The notes under the pieces: model-generated
What the model was told of the DNA's origin: nothing
Database searches by the model: none
What the model saw: the letters and a program-made list of their open reading frames with translations, nothing else
NCBI GenBank assembly: GCA_963706795.1
Contig: OY970170.1
Span: forward strand, 510,001-542,000
DNA: 32,000 nt
DNA from: Candidatus Saccharimonadota bacterium
Lineage (GTDB): Bacteria; Patescibacteriota; Gracilibacteria; BD1-5; UBA2023
Reading direction: 5' to 3'
Part shown: positions 24,024-31,753 of the stretch, one piece after another
How the letters are laid out: the number at the start of each line of letters is the position of its first letter
How positions within the stretch are numbered: position 1 is the stretch's first letter
Translations under genes and position numbers: made by a program

Positions 24024-24648
24024 AGATACTTTCTTTATAGCATGCATCAATCGCACGCGAAAGATCAAGAAGCGCCTTTAATTGGTTTCGTGTAGCAAAA
24101 ACAACAGATTCAGAATCGCGTTTCATGTAATTCACGGAAGCATCAGAAACAATGAGGAGTCTTGCTTCTTGTAAATACTGAGGATTGTATGGTGTATTAT
24201 TTAATCTCTTTTCATGAAAGTGACTATCGAGTAAACAAGGCTGATAGAGATGTGCACCTATTCCACCATCAGCAGCTCTATTGCTCAAAGTTAGCGTATT
24301 ATCAGTAGAGCCATGTTCATGTCTGATCAAAACGGATTCAGGCATTCTATCTAAAATTTTCTTAACGCTGAGATTTGTCTCCTCATATTGTTCAGTCGCT
24401 ATGGACGCCAGTAACTGAAGAACCTTCCCAGATCATTTATAGTGCGAGAGGAATCAACCCCCTCCTGCTCAACGTATTATAATTTCTGGAAAACCGCCAT
24501 TTTCTACCATGCTTATTCGTTCTTTTTCTTCCTCTCATGCACGCTTTAAAGAATCAGATCACCAGACAAAATAGTCCATTACCACATGAGTAATACTGAA
24601 TGCGGCGGGGTGTTTAGAGTCAGTAGTTTGTTCTCCTAAAAGTTTCAT
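24022..24648 (-). CDS. Hypothetical protein with Gly-rich loop (208 aa), possibly a Rossmann-like LOG/SLOG-type fold
   Basis: Track fragment 24022..24345 extends upstream through five TGA (24433, 24454, 24469, 24535, 24559) to ATG 24646-24648. It contains EIIIR-G-AGGG-G-FLSHYK-G-SG and later NRAADGGIGAHLYQP. The fold assignment rests only on remembered LOG motifs (GGGxxG, PGGxGT). Confidence 0.55.
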
Positions 24649-24765
24649 CTGATCGCGTAAATTGAGTGTACTGTATATACGAGTTATCTATTGTCAATTA
24701 TCCAAATAGCGGCTCTGTACACAAAAAAAGACCTCTTTCAAGGCCTTCTGATTCTTTGATTTTCA

Positions 24766-24885
24766 TGGCGGTGGATGAGGGATTCTTCCTTCGTTTCACT
24801 GCGGACGCCTCGGGCCAGAGTCCAAATCGTTGGACTCTTAAAACGCATTCGCGTTTTACCCTCAGTTCGAATCCCGTCACCAACC
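24766..24885 (-). ncRNA. Candidate structured RNA element, copy 1 (tRNA-Ser 3'-end-terminated core)
   Basis: The minus strand starts GGTTGGTGACGGGATTCGAAC and ends GAATCCCTCATCCACCGCCA. The two ends pair for about 16 bp with three 1-nt bulges. Internal hairpins are AAAACGC-GAAT-GCGTTTT and GAGTCCAA-CGAT-TTGGACTC. Confidence 0.4.
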
Positions 24886-24930
24886 ACAAAAAAAGACCTC
24901 TTTCAAGGCCTTCTGATTCTTTGATTTTCA

Positions 24931-25050
24931 TGGCGGTGGATGAGGGATTCTTCCTTCGTTTCACTGCGGACGCCTCGGGCCAGAGTCCAAATCGTTGGAC
25001 TCTTAAAACGCATTCGCGTTTTACCCTCAGTTCGAATCCCGTCACCAACC
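24931..25050 (-). ncRNA. Candidate structured RNA element, copy 2
   Basis: 100% identical to copy 1. Confidence 0.4.
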
Positions 25051-25097
25051 ACAAAAAAAGACCTCTTTCAAGGCCTTCTGATTCTTTGATTTTTTCA

Positions 25098-25217
25098 TGG
25101 CGGTGGATGAGGGATTCTTCCTTCGTTTCACTGCGGACGCCTCGGGCCAGAGTCCAAATCGTTGGACTCTTAAAACGCATTCGCGTTTTACCCTCAGTTC
25201 GAATCCCGTCACCAACC
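25098..25217 (-). ncRNA. Candidate structured RNA element, copy 3
   Basis: 100% identical to copy 1. Confidence 0.4.
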
Positions 25218-25264
25218 ACAAAAAAAGACCTCTTTCAAGGCCTTCTGATTCTTTGATTTTTTCA

Positions 25265-25357
25265 TGGCGGTGGATGAGGGATTCGAACCCTCGCGGCACC
25301 TTGCAGCGCCCTACAGGTTTAGCAAACCCGCCTCTTCAGCCACTTGAGTAACCCACC
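25265..25357 (-). tRNA. tRNA-Ser(GCU), CCA encoded
   Basis: Acceptor GGTGGGT/ATCCACC with discriminator G. Anticodon arm CGGGT-TTGCTAA-ACCTG. Long variable arm. T-arm GAGGG-TTCGAAT-CCCTC. Confidence 0.9.
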
Positions 25358-25378
25358 ATACAAATTAATGCACGCGAG

Positions 25379-25406
25379 AGGATATGGCAGATGAGTAGAA
25401 AGTCAA
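25379..25406 (-). promoter_or_regulatory. Candidate promoter of tRNA-Ser(GCU)
   Basis: Minus strand reads TTGACT (25401-25406), N16, TATCCT (25379-25384), about 20 nt upstream of the tRNA. Confidence 0.3.
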
Positions 25407-25471
25407 ACGGTTTCGCTCACAAATACTCATTCGCTCAAAGTAGAAATACAGAGATATTTCTCAGCCTGGCT

Positions 25472-26620
25472 CTATTCGAACTTCAATCGAATATCGAGGA
25501 GTTCTGGTACATTTCCTGTACGAACGGGTGGGCCCCATGTACCCCAACCAGAAGAAACATAAAATTCAGTATTCCCGATCTTGCGCCCTCCCCAGCTAAT
25601 TTCAAAAATCTGGCTCGTAATAACGCTAAATGGCCAAAGTTGACCGTGGTGCGTATGCCCCGAAAGCTGAAGCGATACACGTCCATCATCCGCAGCTTCA
25701 CGGATAGCTCCTGGCTGATGGTCCATCAAAATCACAGGAAGCCCTGGATCCGTATCCGCAAGAAGCTTCTCAAGGCTCTTGCGTTTTTTGCCTGTAAACA
25801 TAGGAAGACTTGCATCTTCACGACCGACGAGCGTAAATACGCCGCCAAGCACGATGGATTCATCGCGAAGCATAGTAACTCCGTGCGCAATGAGATATGC
25901 ATCGGCGCGTTCTACTCCTCAAATATGTTCATGATTTCCATTCACTGCAAAAACACCAAGTGGAGCATGGAGCTTGCGAATAGAAGTACCAATATCTTGC
26001 TTGATAACTGGCTCGATATCTTCGTCAATTGTGTCGCCTACTAAAAATATCGCATCCGGCTTCAGCGCATTAACATCGCGAACAAATCGTCCAAATCGCT
26101 TCTTGCCAATCATCGTTCCGAGATGAATATCTGTTGCCGCAACAATGTGGAATTCTCCACCCTTACCATTGCCCTTAGGAAAAACGTATTCGAGTTTGCG
26201 GATCGCGGGATGTCTCGCATTGCGCCATCCATGAGCAGAGAATGCAAAAGCTCCTACAAAAACTGCAACTACCTGGGCCAAACGAAAATACGAACTCATT
26301 CCAAAATGCGGTACAAATTCTCGTACGAGTGAGGTAATCGCCGTAATTCCAAAAATACCAAGAACAAGATACGTCAGCATCGCGAGCCAAAATGACCCCA
26401 CCCAAAGTAAAAATGAAACGAAGTGATTTTTAAAAAAACGCTCAACAATACGGGCCACCAAAAACATCGGGGCAATCGTCAAAAAGCCTATCAAATACAG
26501 ACACTGCAAAACTGGAAAAATCCCCAGAGCGCTCCATCCATAAAAAAATACAAAGGCGTTTGCACCACCGTAAACCGCTACGACAAAGAAGATAAATATA
26601 AGAATTCGATGTTTTGGCAT
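25472..26620 (-). CDS. Membrane-anchored metallophosphoesterase (YkuE-like, calcineurin-type)
   Basis: Track fragments 25472..25873 and 25919..26779 share a frame and join across TGA 25919-25921 (NGNHEHI-G-GVE). Motifs are ATDIHLG, GDTID, GNHE and GHTHHG. There are N-terminal TM helices. I prefer ATG 26618-26620, because the track's TTG 26779 abuts a terminator. Confidence 0.8.
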
Positions 26621-26776
26621 GAAATGCACATACAGATATAGGACGTTTTGAACATGGAGGGAGAAATCTAGAGCAGTCCAGAGAGCATGTCCAAAGTTTT
26701 GAAGGAGTGTAGTCGGAAGAAATAAAAACGCAAAGTAAGCACGTTTGTATTTTCGAACCTCCGCAATAGCCAATAG

Positions 26777-26804
26777 CAAAATAAAGACCTCTTTCGAGGT
26801 CTTT
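26777..26804 (-). terminator. Intrinsic terminator following element B
   Basis: Minus strand reads AAAGACCTC-GAAA-GAGGTCTTT followed by ATTTTG. Confidence 0.55.
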
Positions 26805-26823
26805 ATTTGTTTCGATTTACTTA

Positions 26824-26947
26824 ATGACGGAGAGACAGGGATTCTTCCGTCGTTTCACTTCGGACGCGCTCGGCCGAAAGCCAAATCGTTGGCTTTCTAT
26901 TGCTTCGCAATACCTCACGTTCGAATCCCGCCAAAATCTTCGTGCAC
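26824..26947 (-). ncRNA. Candidate structured RNA element B, a diverged homologue of the 24.7-25.2 kb cores, 3' of tRNA-Ser(UGA)
   Basis: The minus strand contains ...GGCGGGATTCGAACGTGAGG, then TATTGC-GAA-GCAATA, then AAAGCCAA-CGAT-TTGGCTTT, then GGCCGAGCGCGTCCGAAGTGAAACGACGGAA. It ends GAATCCCTGTCTCTCCGTCA, which copies the tRNA-Ser(UGA) 3' end with one change (GTCA for GCCA). The 5' boundary is uncertain. Confidence 0.4.
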
Positions 26948-26948
26948 G

Positions 26949-26968
26949 AAAAAACCCCTTTCGGGGCC
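26949..26968 (-). terminator. Intrinsic terminator directly after tRNA-Ser(UGA)
   Basis: Minus strand reads GGCCCC-GAAA-GGGGTT followed by TTTTC. The architecture and spacer (AAAAATATCAAAGCAGAAGG) match those after tRNA-Ser(GCU). Confidence 0.55.
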
Positions 26969-26989
26969 CTTCTGCTTTGATATTTTTAA

Positions 26990-27077
26990 TGGCGGAGAGA
27001 CAGGGATTCGAACCCTGGGTACCTCGCGGCACGACAGTTTTCAAGACTGTTGCAATCAACCACTCTGCCATCTCTCC
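26990..27077 (-). tRNA. tRNA-Ser(UGA), CCA encoded
   Basis: Acceptor GGAGAGA/TCTCTCC with discriminator G. Anticodon arm ACAGT-CTTGAAA-ACTGT. Long variable arm. T-arm CAGGG-TTCGAAT-CCCTG. Confidence 0.9.
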
Positions 27078-27092
27078 GTTCGAAGCCCGCAC

Positions 27093-27120
27093 AGAGTATT
27101 CAAGAACGTTTTCTTGTCAA
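27093..27120 (-). promoter_or_regulatory. Candidate promoter of tRNA-Ser(UGA)
   Basis: Minus strand reads TTGACA (27115-27120), N16, TACTCT (27093-27098). The -10 element is weak. Confidence 0.25.
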
Positions 27121-27171
27121 AACGAATGAATTTTTGCATTTCACAAGTTTGCATTAGACTGGCTTCTCTCT

Positions 27172-28608
27172 ATGAAAAAAACTTTTTTATTCTTCGCTCT
27201 CGTTGTTGTTTGTTGCTCGCTTAATGCGTGCTCAAAAGACAGTAGCACCACGAGCACAGATACCGGATCTCAAAACCCCGATAGCACCTGATCAAACGAA
27301 CCAGGCAAAGAAATGTCTCTCGAGGATCGCATGGATATAGCCAGAAAGCGTGTGGCATTACGCTCCATTATTCGAAAGGGCGACTATTATAAAGCCCGAA
27401 ATGACGCAGAGACCGCCATTCGATACTACAAAAACGCACACGAGCGAATCGATGGCGATGCCAATATTGCTCTCAAACTCGCTGACGCGTATTACGAGCT
27501 CAAGCAATATTCGGATGCTTACGATCTCTATAAGACACTTCCCGTGCAAGAGCTCGACGAAAAGACCAAACTCCGGTTTATTGGTTCGATCATGCTCGAT
27601 ACCGAGCGCAAGGATAAAACCGCCGAGATAGCTAAATATCCTTTTGGTTCAGGAACCAAAGAATATTATGCCCTTGTTGACACCTGTGTGCTTGATGTCT
27701 CAAAATGTAGCGATCAGATTACTAATTCTCCTTCCAAAGACCCTCGTGTCCTTTGACTCGTTGATACGCTTAAAAGCTACAATCAACTGAGTACCGACAC
27801 TACCTATCGCGATGCGCTCGTAGCCGGCAAATTCTACGAGCAGCAATCCTATCTTGCCTCCTACGTAATCGCCAAAAGCGTTATTGATCGACGACCCGAC
27901 TACCGGATCGTTCTCAAAATCGGTGGCTATAGTGAATACGCACTTGGTAATTTTAAAGAAGCATCTTCTCTCCTTGTGAGATACTACACGCTCGAGCCCA
28001 AAGACATCGAGACTGCCTATATGCTCGGTATCGTAAATTATCTCAAAGAAGACTACTCAACGTCCAATCTCTATTTTAATGCTGCTGTTCTCAATGGCTA
28101 CAGTCCAAAAACTGAGCTCGAGCGTCGTCTGATTTATAATTACACCCTCCTTGGGGACGAGCGTGGCGCATTCAAGATTTTTCGATACCTTCTTGAGGAA
28201 CCAGATGCTACGAGTGAAGACTTTGAAATCGCTATATTTATGGCTGTCGAAGGTGGCGAACCTTCCAAGGCTTCTATCTGGAGTCAAAAGGGCATAGCTC
28301 GCTTCCCTGATGATGATCGTCTCCTTGCATTTGCGGGTGGACTCAAACGCGAAATCTGAGAATTCGATGCTGCAGAAGAACTTCTTCGCAAAGCACTCTC
28401 CATAGACGGACGTAACCCTATAGCCTCGCTCGAACTTGGTCGTTTGTATATTGCAAAAAAGGACTATACTCTCGCTCAAGGTTACCTCCAAGACGCTATC
28501 TCTGCAGATCCCGCCGGATTTTTTGCCGAAGAAGCCCAAAAAGAACTCAAAAATATCCCAGCCACTGCGACTGGATCAATCACTGAAACAGGTACTATTT
28601 CACCATAA
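27172..28608 (+). CDS. TPR-repeat lipoprotein (478 aa)
   Basis: ATG 27172. Signal peptide with lipobox: MKKTFLFFALVVVCCSLNAC. In-frame TGA at 27289, 27754 and 28357 join track fragments 27313.. and 27976... TAA at 28606-28608. TPR-like repeats are present (AETAIRYYKNA..., ALKLADAYYELKQYSDAYDLY...). Confidence 0.75.
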
Positions 28609-28610
28609 TT

Positions 28611-29207
28611 ATGAGCGAACTCGAGCATGACAAACAGCCTTCAACGCCTCAGCCAATCGAACACACTGGCATATTTGTAGAAGCCGACAAAAAAAAGCTC
28701 GAAGCGATCGTTGTTGATCGACTCAAGGCACTCTGAAGTCGACTGACTCGCAAGGATATTCAGCTCCTGCTCTCTCATGTCGAAACTGCTCAAAGCATAG
28801 ATGCGCTCAAAGAACGACTCTCAGCTAAGACGGCCGAACGAGCGGACGACGATGCTCTGAGAGAAATCCTCGCCCTCTATAACGAAATCCGAAAAGGTGC
28901 CAAAGAAGGCATTAAAGAACTCAAAATCGACCTCACAAAACTCCTCGGTTCCAACGAACTCGCACTCAAAAAAGGAGTCTTTCTCTCCGAACGTTTCGCA
29001 CTGACAAAAAAACTCGAAAAGAGCGAACTCTGAGACAATATCATTCTCGATATTGTGGGCACAGCCGTAGGAGCTATTGATTCGCTCATTGTGCTCTTAC
29101 GAGTGCTGCTCGATCTCATTTATGATGCTGGGAGACTCGCCGTACATGCAATTACTGCACCAAAGGATCTCTACAAGGAACTCCGAGAACAGTCTCAAAA
29201 ACGCTAA
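28611..29207 (+). CDS. Hypothetical coiled-coil protein with hydrophobic C-terminal segment (198 aa)
   Basis: ATG 28611, in-frame TGA at 28734 and 29031, TAA at 29205-29207. I checked every codon. It starts 3 nt after the lipoprotein stop. Confidence 0.5.
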
Positions 29208-29863
29208 CCTCGTGTAGCAATCGACACGATATTCCGCTCATTTACCATATGGCGAATATCTATAAATCATGCTGTCTCAAATAACTCTGAGAGTTCTTCG
29301 GTCTGAAACGCATGGTAAAATCGTAGCGACTTCGCAAATTTAATGGCAAAATCATATCATCCTGGCGTAGTAGGCTGGTATTTTTTTTGGTTTGCTTCCG
29401 AGGTTAAATGCCAATTTGTCATAAAAAGCTTACCTTCTGTAGCAAGCAATGCTCAAGCTTTTTTAAGAACCTCAAGACGTTCGGATTGCGAGCGCAAATG
29501 ATGGAAGCTGGCGAGAAAGACGATTATGTCAAAATTGTTGTCTATCGTGTCCAGGTTCTGCATGGGTATCACTGAGAACTTGTTTTCTGGATGAGCTTTT
29601 TGAGCCTCTTGTATCATGAGTTTCGATTCGTCGATTCCGTGATAGATCACTGGGATATTTTGCGCTCATAACGCCTCCAAAAGACGACCAGAACCACATC
29701 ATATGTCGAGTAGACGAGGTCTATCTCACTGAATATTTCTCAACTCTGTAGTCAAAATATCGAATTCAGGCCAGTGCATTCCAGCACGAGAACGTGCAAA
29801 GGCAGAGGCGAATCCATCATAATCTGCTACAGTCGAGTGATCTTGAGAATCGTATCAATTCAT
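29204..29863 (-). CDS. Class I SAM-dependent methyltransferase (219 aa)
   Basis: Track fragment 29453..29650 extends both ways across seven TGA. Motif I is RLLDI-G-CGSGRLL (TGA 29699-29701). The post-I region is VIYHGIDES and the C-terminal part is LKKA-G-ALLATEGKLF. ATG at 29861-29863 and TAG at 29204-29206. Confidence 0.8.
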
Positions 29864-30198
29864 CTTTGCAGATTACGGATAAGAGGTGACAGATTGCAGC
29901 CACCCGAGAGCTCACAAGGAACATTCCCTGTACAGATAGTAAGTGAAAGATCTTCTCAAATAGCAAAGAGAACTTCGTAGACAGATATTTCTTTTTTAGC
30001 TATGGAAATACCACCATTTCTACCTTTTTGCGAACGAATAATATTCGCATGTTCAAGATCATTCGCAATTTTTCGAATGAGGGACTCCGAGATCGCCATT
30101 TCTTGAGCGACGACCGAAATTTTTAGAATTCCATCATGTGCGAGGAGATAACGAACGAGCAGCATTGCATACTCGCCACGCGCAGAAATCTTAAGCAT
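29827..30198 (-). CDS. Rrf2-family transcriptional regulator with three-Cys cluster motif
   Basis: MLKISARGEYAMLLVRYL... wHTH. It reads through TGA 29956-29958 and 29860-29862 to TAG 29827-29829. C-x5-C-x5-C (CTGNVPCELSGGC) is typical of Fe-S-binding Rrf2 proteins. Confidence 0.8.
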
Positions 30199-31030
30199 GC
30201 GGGAAGAGTGAATCCACAATATATGCGTTCTTACGCCAATTTGGTGTTACTTTTGCGCGCAAGAAGAGATGAATTGGACGATCTAAAATATCTGTCAAAA
30301 TCAGACGTGATGCCGTACTGATTTCTTGGATTTTTGCACCTCACTTCCCAATCAGGATCTTCTTTTGCGAATCACGCTCTACATGAACATACGCAAGGAC
30401 TCGAAGCCCCTTTGGTGTCTCATCGAGGCTTTCTACTTCAACAAAAAGTGCGTGTGGGATTTCTTCTTCGAGAAGCAAAAATGACTGTTCACGAATGACT
30501 TCCGAGATACGTGTATAGAGGTCTTGATCTGTATAATAATCCTCATCATAGAGCATCGGCCCCTCAGGGAGAACATGCGCGATTTCAGCAAGAAGTTGGT
30601 CATATTCGCCATCTTTGTCAGACACGACAATCGCGTCACTCGGGAGTTTACGCGCTTTAGGAAGATCAGATTTCGTGTAGATTGTAATGACTGGTTTTGT
30701 AACCTTTGAAAGAAGCGTATCAATACGAGCATCTTCTTCTCAAGCAGTACGACTCGCATCGATAAGGCGCAAAATAACGTCTGCCTGATCGAGTGATTTT
30801 CGTGCCTGTGCATTGATTGCCTCGATGAGCAATTCACCTCCTTCATGGAGACCAGGGGTATCTAAAAAGATTGCCTGCATTTCACTGTCTGTAAAAATAC
30901 CGCGAATCGTTTTACGAGTAGTTTGCGGTGCTGCCGAAACAATAGATACCTTCTCGCCAATAATAGCATTGAGAAGGCTAGATTTACCAGTATTTGGTCT
31001 TCCTACGAGTGCTACGAAGCCTACTTTCAT
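30191..31030 (-). CDS. era: GTPase Era (279 aa)
   Basis: G1 GRPNTGKSS, G3 DTPG, G4 TKSD. Fragments join across TGA 30740-30742 and 30341-30343. KH domain is ILIGK-G-GAKIQEISTASR...LFLRAKVTPNWR. TAA at 30191-30193. Confidence 0.9.
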
Positions 31031-31287
31031 GATTTTTTTTGAAATGATTTTTTTAATTCTTGGATCCTACGCGCAAGCTCTTCACTCGACTTTACGGGAT
31101 TCATATAGGAATACATCGTGCCATCAAAGAGAACCGTTGGACTTTGCTTGCAATTTGCCTGGCAGAGACATGTGTCGAGCTCAACTCCCTTATATCAGAG
31201 CCTTTCAACATCTCACTGGAGTCGCATCATTACATACTTTGATCACCGCTCACTACAACTTTTACCGTTACATACTGAGATTTTCAT
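31021..31287 (-). CDS. Thioredoxin-like [2Fe-2S] ferredoxin-family small protein (88 aa)
   Basis: Not in the track because four TGA break it up. Hand translation: MKISVCNGKSCSER-G-SKYVMMRLQ-G-DVERL-G-YKGVELDTCLCQANCKQSPTVLFDGTMYSYMNPVKSSEELARRIQELKKSFQKKS-G-K. The Cys pattern and ...P.V..dg..Y... resemble thioredoxin-like ferredoxins. It overlaps SOR by 20 nt and era by 10 nt. Confidence 0.6.
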
Positions 31288-31753
31288 AATTGATTCATTT
31301 CCAAATACCGTGTTCTATACAGGATGCCCTAATTTCTCATACTTCGTCCAAATCGACTGCAAAATGAGCAATCGGCTCATCTGTGGGTGCAAAATACATG
31401 CGTTCGATGAGATCGCCCGCCGTATCTCGAGCCTCTATCCACTCGATAAAATGTCATTCTTCTTGTGGGTGTTCATCGCCATAGGCACCAATAGTTACGA
31501 CCACTTCATCATCAATCATGCGATAGATTGGAGCATGTTGGGATTCCATTTCGGTCATATCTTCAAGATCCGATATTTCTACCGCTTCTTCGACAACTTC
31601 GACAAATTGGTCTTTTGTTGCCTCACAATGAGGGCAATTAAATGTCGTTTCGTCTATGTATTCAAAAGGAGTACCTGGCATAATACCGAGTTCTTCAATC
31701 CCCATTTTGGAGTCATAGATGTAACGGCACTCGGTGCAAACAGCTCTGGACAT
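31268..31753 (-). CDS. Rubredoxin-domain / superoxide reductase (neelaredoxin-type) fusion protein (161 aa)
   Basis: The N-terminus CTECRYIYD...GTPFEYIDETTFNCPHCEATKDQF is a rubredoxin CxxC...CxxC pair. The C-terminal SOR ligand pattern is QHAP..., GDEHPQEE-G-HFIEWI and SCIEHGIWK-G. In-frame TGA at 31454, 31337 and 31295. ATG at 31751-31753 and TAA at 31268-31270. Confidence 0.8.

Larger units (their letters stand above)
24721..25284 (-). repeat. Tandem array of 3.4 units of 165/165/167 nt, immediately 3' of tRNA-Ser(GCU)
   Basis: Unit starts are at 24721, 24886, 25051 and 25218. Units are identical except for a T-run length (gattttcatgg versus gattttttcatgg). Read on the minus strand, each unit is a 120-nt core, then a 19-21-nt spacer, then hairpin GGCCTT-GAAA-GAGGTC plus T7. 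Confidence 0.95.

Noticed and set aside
24766-24885. tmRNA (ssrA) or a tmRNA fragment, because the core 5' end GGTTGGTGACGGGATTCGAAC resembles the tmRNA 5' tRNA-like domain (GGGG...GGATTCGAC)
   Set aside because: The core is only 120 nt and has no proper T-arm. It has no G3-U70 alanine identity pair (the pair here is T3-A70). It has no pseudoknot body. It is present in three identical copies plus a diverged one. The short stop-containing stretches (GCGAATGCGTTTTAA, GCGAAGCAATAG) are probably coincidental.
24721-25284. CRISPR array
   Set aside because: The units are directly abutting 165-nt tandem repeats with no unique spacers. No cas genes are present in the window.
24022-25284. Type III toxin-antitoxin system (an RNA repeat array followed by a toxin gene)
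   Set aside because: This is not established. Each repeat carries its own strong terminator. The repeats are much longer than known ToxI/CptI units. The homologous element at 26.8 kb is followed by an unrelated metallophosphoesterase. I keep it only as a low-probability hypothesis in the findings.
24666-25351. Long ORFs on both strands across the repeat array (196 aa plus strand, 173 aa and 85 aa minus strand) with internally repeated peptide sequence
   Set aside because: They exist only because the 165-nt unit lacks stops in those frames. They run through terminator hairpins and the tRNA-Ser gene and have no start context. They are repeat artefacts.
26621-26779. TTG start at 26779 for the metallophosphoesterase (track ORF 25919..26779)
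   Set aside because: That start would abut the element-B terminator with no room for a promoter. ATG at 26618-26620 gives a normal-length protein beginning with TM helices. The longer form is not excluded.
24721-27077. Conventional genomic island integrated at tRNA-Ser (direct repeats of the tRNA 3' end acting as attL/attR)
   Set aside because: The segments between the repeats are only about 100 nt and encode nothing. No integrase or excisionase is in the window. The two loci each copy their own tRNA end. A miniature or ancient recombination origin cannot be excluded.
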